A stretch of 64,000 nt of DNA from Amoebidium appalachense (taxonomy: Eukaryota; Protista; Ichthyosporea), in assembly GCA_963693365.1 (NCBI GenBank), contig CAVNZM010000005.1, positions 4,220,667-4,284,666 of the forward strand, read 5' to 3'. The notes beneath the pieces were generated by a model that ran no database searches, was not told where the DNA came from, and saw only the letters and a list, made by a program, of their open reading frames with translations. Shown in pieces: positions 1 to 24,500 of this stretch (its first letter is position 1; each line of letters opens with the position of its first letter). A program made the translations under genes and the position numbers.

Positions 1-420
1 GGAGTTATAGGAAACCTTCTTGGTAGCATGTGCATGTGTGCGTGTGTTGGTTTCCATGGGGCTGAGTGTGTGTGGTGGTGGTGGCGGTGGGGGAGGGATG
101 GGGCGGGGAGCCGGGGAGGGGGGGAGGGGAGGGGGAGATTAGAGGAGGAAGAGTGACTATCAGACAGAAAAGAGAGAGAGAGAGAGAGAGAAAGGGTGTG
201 CGTGCGTATGTGTGTTTTTGTGTGTGCATGCGCGCACCAGCACGCGCGAGTGTGTGTTGTGTGCACTCGCGCTCTCGCGCACACCAAGGGTTTGCGGCTA
301 AGCAAGTAGTTCAGATAACCATAGGGAGGTGAGAACCCCTGGAGAAAGGGGTAGGGGGAAGGGCGGGGGGGGAGTGTAACAGAACCATCGTCGCTGCTAG
401 CGTAGTGTGCAGGTGGATAG

Positions 421-584
421 TATTATAAGGTGACGGGGTTGGTGCAGTTCTACACGGAGCTGCCCCTGGATGCATACCACAAGCTGATCGTGGAGACCCT
501 CATGGACAGCATGGACATGTCACGAGATCTGCAGGCTCTCATGGTCCGTGTACCTCCCCTCCCCGACTCCCCCCCTCCCCCGAC

Positions 585-620
<36 letters not shown>

Positions 621-3128
621 CGCGTACCCACATAGGCACAGGCTGCAGGTGCGGCAAAGATGCTTGTGCACGTGGTGGGCACACCCACGAATTTGTAGCT
701 CAACATGTACGTTAACACCATACATCTCTGCCAGGCATTTGGACTATTTTTTACAATGTTGGCAAGAACCCCCCCCCCCCCCCCTCCCCCCTCTTCCCCG
801 AAGAAAGCTTACCCATGGCCGCGCGCGCGCACACACACACCCTTACACACCACTTTCTGCTCTGCTCTTTTTAGTCCAAACTGATAGACAGGCCAAACGG
901 ACACAGTCTGTCCTTTTTTCCAGTCTGGCTGGAAATCCATATGCAGACCCTCCCTCCTCCCCCCTCCCCACCGTCCCCGTCCCCACGTCTCTTTCTCCCC
1001 CCCCCCCCCCCCCCGAACAAGAAACAATCAACATTCACGTCTAAAAGCTGAAGTTTGAGCCATTCCTCCGAGCCAAGCTTACTAGAGTCAGACCATAGGT
1101 GTGCTCATAACTGACGTTAGGGGTATTGCACAGCCCAGGCTTGCGGAAAAAGGCCTGGAGCTAAGGGATCTCAGAGAAATAGCCCAAGTCCGCCAAGCAC
1201 TTACCGACAGGCTGTAAGACCAATATATCCCCCCCCCCCCCCAACCCCCCACCCCCCTCCCCCCCCTCCCCCCGAGAGGATGGGCTCTACTTACTTTGCA
1301 TATTGCGCGCGTTGCTGATGTTGCATACTTGAGTGTTTGCTTTTGCCTGTGTCCAGCACCGTGTTTCTCTTCGTGTGCTTGTAGTTCGTACCGTGTTCCG
1401 CATCATACCGTCGTCCCCCCCCCCCCCCCCCCCCCCCCCTCCTCCCGCAGCCACCCCCGTCCCTCCCTCCCCATCAGCCCCTCCTGCTCTTCACACCCAA
1501 CACACGCACATGCACGCGCTCACACACACACCAAAAGAAAACACGTATCCTTGCTAGGCCCTCCGTTCTTGCTGTTGGTTGTGATGACATGTGCTTTCCC
1601 TGGCTGCTTGCCTGCGCCTTGTCCTGCTTCTTCGTTAAAGTGAGGTTGGTTGTGTCTGAGCGTGTAGCTCTTCATCTCCCCCCCCTCCACACACACACAC
1701 ACTAATGCCGTGTATTTATCAAACCTTCGTCCTTCAGTGTGCACTAAGTACGTGTACCATTCCCCCCCCCCCCCCCCCCCCCTCCCCCCCCCCAAAAAAA
1801 AGAAAGCAAAAAAAAGGAAAAAGAAAAAGACAAGCGAGCGTGCGTGCGTGCGCGCGCGCGCACACGCACGCACACGCACGCGCACACACACGCACACACC
1901 TTGCTATCCCTCGGCCACCACAACCCCTACACTCTCAATGCCTTGCCGAACAAACACCTAGCATTTCATTACCCATTATTGTCGTGCCGTTCACTATCGT
2001 CCCCGCATAAGCAACACAAGGGTCACACCTCCTGCCCCCTCCTTCCCCCCCCCATAAACACACCATCTTGGTCCATGTATTGATATAATTGCACCGTGGG
2101 CACAGGGCCAACATAGACCGGCAGATGCGGGTCTTTCTGGACCGCCTGTCTGACCTGCAGGACCGGTACGATGTGCATGGCCAGCTGAGAAACAACCACG
2201 TACGCAACATCACCATGCACATCCAGGTGCCAACCCCACTCTTCCCCCTCCCTCCCCCTCCCCCCCCCCCCCTCCCCCCCTCTCTCTCCTCTCCTCTCCT
2301 CCCCCCCCCCCCCCCCCCCCCCCCCTCTTTCTCCCAGCACCACCACCACCACCACCGCTTACAACAATAACCCCTTCCCCCCCCCCCCCCCCCCCCCTCC
2401 CCCCCCCCCCCCCCCCCCCCCCCCCTCACTTCCCAAAAAACACAAACAACAACATACACACACGCACACACGCACACACCACCACCACCACCACCACCAC
2501 CTCATGCAAAGACTTTACCGTTGCTCTATCTGCACCACCTTCACCACCAGACACACAATAATGATAAAGAAAACAGAACATGGAGGAAGCTGTGGATGGT
2601 GCCCGGTGTTCTATGGTTGACTTTTCGATGTAGCGGAAGGGAAGAAAGATGGTTATGGGCCCAGCGCATTGTAATTTCAGCCACAAGTACACACGTCCGC
2701 TTCTGCTTCTATGCATCCTGCACACGGTGCATATGTAAGGAGTACTTGTATGAAAGTGGTGTCGGCAGAGTGTAGTGTGCAAACGGTGACACCAAGGTAC
2801 GTTTCTGGTGTGGCTTCATCGAAAAAGCTCCCGGAGCATCGCAAAGAGACTTGGCTCGGATATTGTGTCGTGCATGTGTGTGTGTGTGTGTGTGTGTTTG
2901 CGGGGTGGACGGGGGGGGAGGGGGGGGGGGGGGAGCGAAAAGGGAGGTTCACACTCTTCCGATGCAGCAACAAAGCAGGGAACCAAGCCCCGTGCAAGCG
3001 CGTGCCAGCCCAGCCAGGCCACAACGAGAAAGCGCTCTTCTAGAGACAGAAGGGCTGGGTGGGGATGAAGAGCACCAGCCAGACACTGGGGGGGAAGAGA
3101 GAGATGGTGCAGCACAGAGGATGGATAT

Positions 3129-3213
<85 letters not shown>

Positions 3214-3699
3214 GTGGCTGCGCACATGTATACGTGTGGCAACTGTGGCTGTGGGTGCACATGTGTGCCGGGGCGGGGCAAAGGGAAGGTAGGACGTGGA
3301 TGTTGTGAGGATGCCCAACCACTGCACAAAACTCGTTCTTTCCTTTCCCCGTTACGTTTTATGTTACTTCGCATCTGCCAATACAATCCCCCCCCCCCCC
3401 CCCCCCCTCCCCCCCCCCCCCCCCCCCCCCTGCTCCCCCTCTCCTGTGGTGTGATGCTGGTTTATGTTGGCTGAGACCAGTACTAGATTCGCCTGTGTAG
3501 CGGATTCGTTGGCATTATTCGAGATTCCTTGACCTGGCAATGTCTAAAATAGGAGGTCACCATAAATAGGCAAAGCAAATCGTAGAATCCAGTAGTGCTG
3601 TGACGTTCATGCTGACGTCATATGGACGTCACCATGGTACATAGTGGCAGGATTAGAGACCCGCTTCAATGCAACACCACATCCACCCCCCCCCTCCCC

Positions 3700-3771
<72 letters not shown>

Positions 3772-3823
3772 TTCCCCTTTCACCCCACTCCTCACACCAC
3801 CACCACCAGTAAAGAACCCCTCC

Positions 3824-3854
<31 letters not shown>

Positions 3855-4880
3855 TACCCCCCACCACCCGGGGGCAAAAACACACCACGCCATGCATCCT
3901 GCCACTCTTACGCTGTGTCTGACATACACCATCCCAGCAGGAGGCAGAGGAAGGCACCCAGCCAAATCCACGCCCAGCACCCACAGACCATGGGGGGAAG
4001 GGTGGTGTGAGCAAAAAAGGGGTCAAGAGGCGCCTAGGAACGAGTGGAAGGGTAGCCAACAAGAAACCAAATACTCTACCCACACGAACTCCACCACCCA
4101 CAACCACACTTCCTGCCCCTCGCCCGGTACCAGAACACGAACCTGAGCCCCCTGCACCACCACCGGCAAAGTCACCCATTAGGCAGCAGCAGCAAAAACC
4201 TGTTGCTGTGCCGCAAAAGAAAAGAGTCCTGTTGCCGCCAAAGAATATGGGTGGGTGGTTGCACCTGGGGTTTCTGTTTGTGGTGTTGACGGCATGGAAA
4301 GCTTGGGAGATGGGGAGGGTGTGTGTGTGTGTGTGCGTGTGTGGGTGTGTATTGAGGGGGGGGGAGGGGGGGGGGAATGGGAGGGAGGAGAGGTTGGGGG
4401 AGGACGTGTAAGAATGTGTCGGTTAGGTGTGTCACTTTGGTATGTTCATATCCATAGGCGTGTGTCCGTGCTGTCCACTTGTGAGGGGGTGCAACGGGCG
4501 GGAGAGGTGGCATTGGAAGGGGGAGGGGGGGGGGGGGGGGGGGGGATGTAGCCGATTTTGGCATTGGGAGGGGGGGAGGGGGGGGGGGATGTAGCCGATT
4601 TCGAAACCGTTTGGACATGATGGTGCGTGTCATGGCCTTTGTTTGCACTGTTTCTCCTCTCCCCACTGTGTGTGTGTGTGTGTGTGACGTGTGTGTGATG
4701 CAGCCACGGTGATGTCTGTGCACACCAACCCGCTGCTGCTTGCTGCTGCCCGCCAGGTCCGCCAGCCACTGGCCCAGGCATGTCCCCCTACTATTCACCT
4801 ATTGCCCGGGGGGAGCCGCTAGTAAATCTGCATGGATCCCACCTCCCCCGTCTCTCCCTCCCTCCCTTCACCCCCCCCCC

Positions 4881-4916
<36 letters not shown>

Positions 4917-5446
4917 GTTAGTTCCCGTCCGCCTCTTCGTTCTCATGAGACGTTTTGACCCCTATTCCTGAGAATGGGCTCCGTTTATGATACGATGATG
5001 GTCTTTTGTGTGCTCCTTTTTTGTCATGCCTGCATAATGTCGACCATTGCGGATGTGTACTTATTAGGGTGTAACAAACTCTTCCCCCCCCCCCCCCCCC
5101 CCCCCCCCCCCTTCCTCCCTGCCTGCCCGCTCGGCCCACCTACCATACCAACATCTTTTCTTACTGAACGTCCTTTCTATATATCAATAGACCAAAAACA
5201 CGTAGCTCAAAAGGATTGCTGGTTTGGTGAGGTTTCATTTCCCACTGTTACAGTTGTAATAATTATTAACTTTTAATCTGGGGTTGAAATTGCTGGGGGC
5301 TTGGTTACACATGTATGACTGTTACAGGCCTCACCCACGGAAGCTTTTGTTTGATCGATGAAGTCAGTTTGAGAGAGGCACGTATGCAGGTGGCTCACAT
5401 GGAAGATACCTGCACCCCCATACATCTGGTTACTTTCTTGGATTTT

Positions 5447-5509
<63 letters not shown>

Positions 5510-6511
5510 TTTTTTTTCTTTTCTTTTCTTCTTCTTTTTTTTTTTTTTTGGTTGTTGTTGTTGTTGTTGTTGTTTTTTTTTTCTCTTTTTTTTTTGTGTG
5601 TGTGTGGGGGGGGGGGGGGGGGAGGGGGGGGGTCTTATCTTTGTTTGAGGATTTCTGTGCAAGGGATGTGTCTCCCCCTCCCCCCTCCCCCTCCCCCCTC
5701 CCCCCTTTTTTATTTAAAGGTATTTGTTCTTTGCATTGTTGGACTTGACCGTCTAGTGATCAGTCGTCTTTGCTTATCGCTAACGGAATAGCCCTCGGGA
5801 GCCCCCCCCCCCCCCCCCCCCCCCCCCACCACCACCACCACCACCACCACCACCACCACCACCACTCTGCTGCTTCTTTGGTTTTATCTTTTTGCTAGAC
5901 CAAAACCATGTTTCAGCCTATACCCGTCTTGCTGTTTCTCACCTTGTTCCAATTTGGCCCTCCTCCGTGCAGAGTGTGCGCGTTCTAAAAGAAGAGCATT
6001 TTTATAGCGACAGCTACTTTGTTGTTGTCTGTCATGCTGCACCATGCCATGACTACGATCGATCTCTGCATTTCGCAGTTATATAATTCTCTTTGCGTAT
6101 ATATGGTGTGGTCCCCCTTTTGTTTAGTAGTTGCGCAGTTGCATTTTTGGGACTTTTAAGAGGATTACCGACAAAGATTGTATTAAGTGCATAATGTAGT
6201 TTGGGATGCTTGCAGCTGTCGCAGGTGGGTCGGCCGGTTAAGGGGCCCAACCACAAGGAGATGGGCAATGTGCCCCGCATGGCCATGCTGGGGCACGGCT
6301 TGATCACGTGCACAGAATATGTGGACCAGAGAAGATTTCGCTTGTCGTTAAGTATTGTTTGTTTGCTTGTGAATGATTGATCAGTTTTGTCTCGTCGTGG
6401 TGGTGCTTGGATGATATGGTAGAGATTGTGCTTGTTGCCGTTTTTCCTTCCTTGTGCGGCCGTGTGTACTGTGCAAAACAGGTGCCGGCACTTTCTTTTC
6501 ATTTTTTTTTT

Positions 6512-6556
<45 letters not shown>

Positions 6557-7208
6557 GAAGGGTGGTGGTGGTGGGTGGGTGGATGGGGGGGGGGGGGGGG
6601 GGGGGGTTGAAGGGTGGTGGTGGTGGGTGGGTGGATGGGGGGGGGGGTTGAAGGGTGGTGGTGGTGGGTGGGTGGATGGGGGGGGGGTTGAAGGGTGGTG
6701 GTGGTGGGTGGGTGGATGGGGGGGGGGGTTGAAGGGTGGTGGTGGTGGGTGGGTGGATGGGGGGGGGGGGGGGGGGGGGGTTGTGGCAGTGGTTGAGAGG
6801 AAAGTTCAATACAGGTATTTTGCCTTCGGTCACTTATCATTTTTGGTGCACCTTGTGTCGCACGGGTTTATTTTTTCAACTCGGCTTTATTTTTTTGGGT
6901 ATTTTATTGATGGTGGTGGTGGTGGTTTGGGGGGGGGGGGGGGTTGTTGGGGAGTCCGTGGCAAGTCTTTTGCCTTTCCCTTTATCTGAAAAATCCCTCT
7001 TTGTTTCTGAGCAAATGGTGTGTCTGGTGGGTTTTGTTGTCTTTCTGTAGTATGTGCTTGCCACGGCCTAGTAATTGTCTATTTGTGTGTGTGAACGAGC
7101 GCGTGCGTGTGCGTGTGCGTTGTGTGAGGTTTTTATGCAGGCGTGTGTTTTTTTTTTGTTTTTTTTGCGGATTTTATTTTTTTTGCGGGTTTTTGGTGTG
7201 GTGGTGGT

Positions 7209-7276
<68 letters not shown>

Positions 7277-7515
7277 AGGGGCAGGCAAGGGGGTTCCTCT
7301 TTTTTTGTTTTTTTTTCTTTGAGTGGAGGGGGGGGGGGGGGAGGGAGGTCTATTTGGTACTTCACATCTCACAACCGGGTCTCCTAGGTGTGCAAGAAGC
7401 AGCAGTCTTGCATTTCGGATGTTGAACCATTCCGCCGAATATTTTTTTTTTTTTTTTTTTTTTTTTTGTGCGGCGGGGGGGGGGGGGGGGGGGGGGGGGG
7501 GGGAAGGGGGGGGAG

Positions 7516-7576
<61 letters not shown>

Positions 7577-7933
7577 AGGGGGGGAGGGGAGGGGAGGGGG
7601 GGGGGAGGGAGGGCAGCGCTCAAGTGTCAATCCTTCCCAGATTTTCTTTTTGCTTTGTTCTCTTTTGCTGCACCTTTTACGGATCCGTTAACCGTTTTTA
7701 TTATTAATGTCCGTTGTGTTTGTCCACCCCTTACTCGTTAAGGTTGTTGCTTAGTCTTGTCCCTTGGCACCTAACGCTGTGTCTAAGTTGTCATGGTCAT
7801 TGTGTGTGTGTGTGTGCGTCTGTGCCTATCTCTTGTGTCGGTGCATATCTCTGTGTGCATAAGTGTAGGTGGGCGTATGAAGGTGTGCTGTATGTAGGCG
7901 TGGGTGTTTGGTTGTGTGTGTTGGGATTCTGCT

Positions 7934-7966
<33 letters not shown>

Positions 7967-8118
7967 GCTCATGTAATGAAAATGCTCTCGGGTCGGGGAT
8001 GAAGGAAAAGAACACGAGTGTGCATGCTGCACTGCAGCAACTGACAGCATCTACCCGCAGGCTATGGGAGCGACCGGAATACAGGCCCGTCCTTCCACCC
8101 TCGGCGCAAACGCAATAA
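421..8118 (+). CDS. Multi-exon hypothetical protein, 5' end outside window
   Basis: AG/GT-bounded coding-like islands between microsatellite introns: ~421-543 (YYKVTGLVQFYTELPLDAYHKLIVETLMDSMDMSRDLQALM), ~2106-2227 (ANIDRQMRVFLDRLSDLQDRYDVHGQLRNNHVRNITMHIQ), ~3941-4250 (Pro/Lys-rich), ~4757-4820, ~5329-5428, ~6225-6306, and a probable last exon ~8038-8118 ending in TAA. Not all phases resolved; family not recognised. Confidence 0.55.
1276..1405 (+). repeat. Copy of a ~130-bp dispersed repeat (SINE-like or retroelement 3'-end-like)
   Basis: GAGGATGGGCTCT.CTTA...GCATA...GCTGATGTTGCATACTTGA...TTCGTACCGTGTTCCGCAT matches 16481-16614, with related copies in reverse orientation at 11991-12095 and 9638-9720. 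Confidence 0.7.
6555..6760 (+). repeat. G-rich minisatellite (GTTGAAGGGTGGTGGTGGTGGGTGGGTGGAT-Gn), 5 copies
   Basis: Identical unit repeated in tandem with G runs of variable length; intronic. Confidence 0.85.
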
Positions 8119-8228
8119 GCCGCCTCAACGCACTTATGAACAGACCTCTATAGCATGCTTGCTTAGGATTAACAGATCTATGGCTCCTTTACCTCTCTTT
8201 CATAGATATACGGTTTCTTTTTTTTGGT

Positions 8229-8263
<35 letters not shown>

Positions 8264-9132
8264 TGATACCGATTGCAACACACATGCGAACAGGAGTGTA
8301 TGCGCAGACAGGTTGATTCTGTGGCAGGTGTAGAGTTTTCAATTTACGACTGAGCACGTATTGTACATGATCAGAATTTAGTCAGGATGAATGACGAACA
8401 CAAGAGTTAAACTTAATATAATCATTACTTTTTATTTTTTTTTTAACTAAATTAAATGAGTGAGGAGTATTAAGTCAAGTTGGTTTGGGTCCACCATGGC
8501 ATATGATTATTTTTCGTCTTTTTGCATCAATATCCATTCGCACGGGCAGCCGTGTGCCCGGACCAGTAATAACGTAGTGCACATCAGGCAATAAATGGCG
8601 CGTAATGTTCAAATAGGCACCGGAGGACATTCTTCATGAAACAAATCAGAGCACATGCGCGCACACGTGGTGCTCATGATCTCTTGTGAATCAGCTGCAG
8701 TGCAGCTAAAACAGACACCGTGACAAAGCATGCATCACACTGTGGCCATGCGCGCAAAACAATTGAACACTCATGAAATTGGCACCGTAATACCTACCAG
8801 TCATGATCTGTATGTACAAATAAAGGTCATGATTTCTAGAAATGCACAAATCTCAGTAGTGCAGTTGTTCAAGTTCATCAGCTCCACACGCCCGCAAACT
8901 AGTTTCTGCGCAGAGATATACCCGCCCCCTCCCCCTCCCCCCCCCAAAAAATCCCCATGGACCCCGCCGGCCCCACCCTTCCCCCCACCAAAAACAACCA
9001 CCACCACCACCACCACCTGCGGCTGGCTACCATGGCCATTCAGAACAGTAGTTAAAAAGGAAGCCAAAGTGCTTTAAAACCTCACCGTGCACACCGTGAA
9101 ATGTGCTCAGCCATGCTACCTCCCTCTTTCCT

Positions 9133-9275
9133 TCCATTATTAGTACCGTCACACAAACACGCCCAAATTCCACTATTAGTATCGTCACACAAACACGCCC
9201 AAATTCCATTATTAGTATCGTCACACAAACACGCCCAAATTCCATCATTAGTACCGTCACACAAACACGCCCAAA
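9133..9275 (+). repeat. 36-bp minisatellite, ~4 copies
   Basis: Tandem TTCCATTATTAGTA(C/T)CGTCACACAAACACGCCCAAA units with no unique spacers. Confidence 0.9.
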
Positions 9276-9473
9276 AACAGGGTCTCCGCAGCCCTCCCTA
9301 CCCACACATTCACGTACACAACACACTTCATTAAGTCTTGAAAACAAGGGTAAATTTACACATCTACACACAGAATCCACACCACACATGCTTTGTCATA
9401 TGCGCACTTGCACACCGTGTGAACCCACAACCAGCACCCCCGGGTGCCCATTTTATTTACTCCATGACATGAC

Positions 9474-10480
9474 TCAGTGATGATCGGCCCCGGCAGCGTG
9501 GTAGCCGGCCGGTGGGGGGTGGCCATACAGCCACTCGTACTCCTGCACCGTCAGCCGCAATGCCTGTGTGTGTGTGTGTGTGTGTGTTTGTTTGGGGGGG
9601 GGGGGGGGGGGGGAATTGGGTTAGAATGTGTTATAGAGAACGAAGTACACAGTCATAAACGGACAACATAATGCAGAGTGTAAAGCACACGCGAAGAGTA
9701 TGCATAATAAGCAGAGCCCCGGGGGAGGAGGAGGAGGAGGGGGAGGGGGGGGGGAGGGGGGGGGGGGGGGGGGGGTAGACTGGTACTAGAGTGCCAAGGT
9801 AGCACGCTAACCACGAAAATGCACAGTGCGATTCATGGGATGACGAGCGAACGAGGACCTGCGGAACACTCTTTGGGGCCAAATGCGTGTGTTGGTGCAT
9901 GGGCGTGAGGTCTTTTCTTCTTCTTCTTCCTTTTTTTTTTGGGGGGGGGGGGGGGTTTGTTTCCTTGATCCCTTTTTATTTCGGTGGTGGTGGTGGTGTC
10001 TGGGGGTGTGTGTGCGTGTGTGCACACGCGCGCTGGCGGGCATGCACGTGTGTGTGTATGCCTCACAAGGGAGCCCATCCTCCCCCCGAGGGGGGGGAAG
10101 GGGGATAAAGAGCAGTACACTACAAAGTATGAGGAGAGGAAACGAGGAACAGCGCAGTAAAATAAAAACGACATGCAAACGCCGAACACACACAGTGAGG
10201 TAAATGTCGATTTGCGATCGTGTGCTTGGCAGAGACGGGTGAAGTCTTGTATAATGAACCCATCAGTAGTGCCGTGAATGCAACTTAGTGTATGTTAGTT
10301 ACAACAGAGCTGCTAAACCTGCCTAGGGCCTTTAGCCTTCCGCAAAAAAATACATGTCACAAGGGACCCTGCCTCCATGCACCTTCCCTACACACCCACG
10401 ATTGATTGCGGCACCCGATATCTACCACAATTACGCTTGGGCAACCCCCCCCCCCCCCCCCCCCCCCATGGTGTCCCCCG

Positions 10481-10520
<40 letters not shown>

Positions 10521-11587
10521 ATCCAAACCTACACGGATGCAGACAAACTTGCACACACAAACGACTCCTAAACACACACTCATTCGCGCACAGGTGCCAC
10601 AAACCACACATCAAAGTACCCACCTCCGTAGGGTTAAATCCACACGTTCAGTTGCACAATTATCCATACACAAGCAAAAAAAAAAAACTCCCTTTATGCC
10701 TCATAACAATGCACAAACAGAAGCACCTAAGGACCCAACACCTGTCCAGCCACTAAACAACCACCATACCTACCTATGGAAACAATATGCAACAAGCCCA
10801 CCGCACACACGTACATGTGGGTCTTGAGTGTGTGTGCGTGGGAAAGTGCGCAACCATGCATGCATGTGTGCGGCTGTGTGTGCATATGCACATACTTGTG
10901 CATACTGGTGTGTGACTGTACACATATGTGCACGCTGGTGTGTGATTGTACACAAATGTGCATACTGGTGTGTGATTGTACGCATATGTGTATACTGGTG
11001 TGCGATTGTACACATATGTGTATAATGGTGTGTGATTGTACACATATGTGCATACTGGTGTGTGATTGTACACATATGTGCATACTGGTGTGTGATTGTA
11101 CACATATGTGCATACTGGTGTGTGATTGTACACATATGTGCATACTGGTGTGTGATTGTACACATATGTGCACACTGGTGTGTGATTGTACACATATGTG
11201 CACGTGCATATCTTTGCCAGCGAACCCGCCACAAAGAAATTGGAAAATAATGGAGCATGCAACACACTTGACTCACCGACAAAAATCTCACGCCAAATGG
11301 AAAGAGAAAACGGAAGACCAAAAGCGGAATTTCCCCAAAAACCCCCACCCCCACCTTCCCTCCATCCTTTCTGTGCTTGCCCACATGTTACCCACCGTAC
11401 ATATGTTGCCATTTCACGAAGGGCAATCAACCAAATTTATATAAATCTAGGGTAGGTGTAACGCAGGCGCGGGGACAACTACGTGCACACACATGACCTC
11501 TATCCACACCCATCTCCACGGCATATGCACACATGTAGATATCGGCATACACAACCCCCCTCCCCCCCTCCCCCCCCCCCCCCCTTC

Positions 11588-11636
<49 letters not shown>

Positions 11637-12189
11637 GCACGCACGCACGCACGCGGATGCACGTACACACCCACCCACCCACCCACCCACCCACCCACCC
11701 ACGGAGGCTTGCACACACACAACCGGGCACGTACCCACTCAGGCGGGGGAATGTTGCGCTCCCACTTGGAGCCCTCTGGTGCTGTGGGGTCTGAATGGCA
11801 AAAAAACGGTCAGCCGCTGTACACGAGGAGATTGAAATACCAAAGAGAACAAAAATTTCTTTATACACCTTCATTGTCAAGTGAATAGGTGAGAGTCAAG
11901 TAGAGTAAACCCTTGGACCCGAAAGGTGTGAATGAGTTGGAGGGCCGAAAAGAGCCGTACGGGTGGCAGGAGGACGGGGGGGGGAGGGGGGTTCAATGCG
12001 TCATAAAGTACGAAGTACACATGAACAACGGATAACACGATGCAGAGTGCAAACCATACATAAAGAGTATGCATAATAAGCAGAGCCCATCCTCAGGGGG
12101 GCTGGGCGGGAGGGGGGGGAGAGGGGAAGGAAATGGTACACAGTAAGAGGCACAGGGGGAAAACGGTGGAAAGTATAAAGAACATGTGG

Positions 12190-12272
<83 letters not shown>

Positions 12273-12495
12273 TATGTCTATCTATGTGCGGAGATGTGTG
12301 TGTGTGCATGTGTGTGCCTGTGCGTGTGAGAAGAAGGGGAGGAGAGGGGGAGAGGGATGGAACATAAAATAGGAAGGTACGTGAGGCATGTGGAAATGGG
12401 CCCACAACTTGTTATAAAATGCAGAGAGACACATAGGGCGCATGTCTGTGTGTACGTGTGTTTGTACGGATGCGTGTTTGCGTGTGTGCGGATGG

Positions 12496-12534
<39 letters not shown>

Positions 12535-12788
12535 AGCATGTGTACAGAGGTGTGCTTGCGTGCGAGCGAAAGAGTGTGGACAAGTGTGTGTGTGTGTGTG
12601 TGTGTGTTGTGTGTGTGTGTGTGTTTTGTGTGTACGTATGTGTGTGTGAAGGTGTGTGCGCGCGTACACTTGTGTGTGTGTGCGGGCGCGCACCCATGCA
12701 CGGGCCTGTGTGCAAGTCTCAGGTGTGTACGCTTGTGAACATGCTCTTTTACAAATACCCCCACGCGTGCAACAAATTAAGCATCTGA

Positions 12789-12850
<62 letters not shown>

Positions 12851-13380
12851 GCGCGCGCGTGCGAGTACGTGAGTGTGCTTGACGTGTGCGTGTGTGTGCG
12901 CCTATGGGTGTACTTGCTTATGTGCATGTCTGTCTAAGCCCGTCGCAATTGTCTTTTTCCTTGTGTCAGCCCACCGGCATGGCAAGCATACACATACCCA
13001 GTTGTGCACACAACCACTCAAGCCACGCATATTGGGATCCAACATCTCAAAGTATTCTGGTGCCCATGCCTAGGTACGTGTAGGTGTGCCACGCACATGC
13101 GCTGCAAGTATATCCTGCAAAATACAGAACGGGCAAGGTTACGCACATGCGCTGCAAGTATATCCTGCAAAGGGCAACCTTGCACACAGCCCACCACAGT
13201 ATTCCTACTAGAGAAAGAAAAACGCAAAGCGAGTAGGTGCACATGCATACGCATAAACGAAGGGGCAGGAGGGCACGTACAGGTGTATGGGACGTTATGG
13301 CGCCATTTCTTCAGCTCCTTCTCAGTCTCGCCCACCAGTCGCTCCACCTGCATAGCGCACAGCAAGTTGAACATATGACT

Positions 13381-13412
<32 letters not shown>

Positions 13413-14111
13413 ACTTCTGGCTTCTATTATTTCTCTCCCGTTTCTTACCCTGCCCGTTTCTCTTCCTCTCTCCCTGGCTGCCTTTAACGTCGCTCCTTGC
13501 AGCTCTCTCAACAATTCCACCTTGCACTAAAACTCAATAAATACTCCCTTGACACCGCGGTCTTTTGTACACGTCCCAGCATGTATGCACTTAGTGTAAA
13601 CGTGTTTGTGCCTGTTTGCGTCTGGATTCGTGAGTGTCGCTGTGATTGTTGCGCTCCGTGCATGCAGTGCTTAGACGTGTACGTGTATGTGTGTGCGCGT
13701 CATAAAAAGCATGTGCGCATAGGCGAGTGCACGCGAGTGCTTGCACGTGTACATGCGTGTGTGTCTAGGTAAGTGTGCGCGAGTGCTTATGCAAGTGCGT
13801 GTACACACGGGTGTGTCTGTGCGTACCTGCAGGGGGTTGGTAATGTTGCGGTTCTTGTCGAAACGCTCGCGAATCTCGAGGCACTTTTCACGGTACAGCT
13901 CAAACACGGGGTTCCAGCTGCAAACACACCGTCAGTAACACGCACGTAGGGTGACTCACGTACACACCCGGCCAACTAACGATTCTTCACCACGAGGGGT
14001 GTGTAAAAAGAGGGACTAGAAAGGGGTTGCGTACTTGCGAGCCTCGCGCAGGGCCTGGCGGTAAAGCCGGGCAACGCGCTGGCTGTGTGCGAGGCCCAGG
14101 GGGGAGGTCAT
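9474..14111 (-). CDS. NDUFB9: NADH:ubiquinone oxidoreductase subunit B22 (LYR-motif complex I accessory subunit)
   Basis: Spliced exons: 14111-~14034 [25 protein letters not shown] (LYR motif); ~13918-13827 [30 protein letters not shown]; ~13347-13281 [22 protein letters not shown]; 11790-11735 [19 protein letters not shown], matching the NDUFB9 P..PGG.K.ER signature; 9542-9474 [22 protein letters not shown]. The last exon is less certain. Confidence 0.9.
9638..9720 (-). repeat. Degenerate copy of the dispersed repeat
   Basis: ACGAAGTACAC...ATGCAGAGTG...AAGAGTATGCATAATAAGCAGAGCCC is shared with 11991-12095. Confidence 0.6.
10897..11202 (+). repeat. 30-bp minisatellite, ~10 copies (CATACTGGTGTGTGATTGTACACATATGTG)
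   Basis: Near-identical tandem units inside an NDUFB9 intron. Confidence 0.95.
11991..12095 (-). repeat. Copy of the dispersed repeat
   Basis: Reverse complement begins TGAGGATGGGCTCTGCTTAT and ends ACTTCGTAC...CGCATTGAAC, as at 16481-16614. Confidence 0.7.
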
Positions 14112-14871
14112 GTTGGCCTTGTGCGTGCCTGTACGTGGCTGAGCGTACGTGCGTGTTTGTTGCCCCTGCCTGTGTGGACAGAGAGAGAGACAGACTCCGT
14201 GCGCGTTATCAAGACAGCCACGCCCCGAAACCGATCGCGCCGACCAAAAAACAGAACGATCGACAAATTCTAGCAAAGTAATATAAATGTTAGGCTTTTC
14301 TATCGATAGAGGCAATAAGTTCGTTCGAAAAATTGAGATGATCGCTTGATCGGTGAATAGTTCGCTCCCCATCTTCGAGTCCTGGCAGAGCCTGCACCAG
14401 CCTTGTTCAGTGAACAAATTTATCAGCAAAGGCCACCATAAAAGCAAAGATCTACTGCATGAAAGTACTAGAGGGGAAGACATAGGTGCACACTGCTTGT
14501 TATATTATAGGCCCTGAAGCATCCAAGCACAACCTGAACACACACACGCTCGCACAACCGCTGTAATGTACATAAACCAATTAGGCCTGTGCACAGGAAC
14601 ATCGATAAACAACAAGCAACCGAAAATAACGCGCATCACGTTGGCACATGTGCACAGGAATGATAACATATAGTGTGCGCACACAACCAAAAATTACTGA
14701 TTTTAGGTTTGCCAACTAGACAAACACTTTGTGACCCACTGTCAACATTTGATCTGAACAAAAACTGTTTACTGTGGCTACAAGGCAACCAGAGCAATCA
14801 ATCCCTCTGACGCCAATCAGTTTTTTGGAGGCGCCAGCCGGCAGTTATGTCGTAGTGCCCTGGATTTAAGG

Positions 14872-24500
<9,629 letters not shown>

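Noticed and set aside
4780-4850. Borealin-like GE.....HGS.L motif in the first gene
   Set aside because: Too short, it may run across a splice donor, and no other borealin features were recognised.
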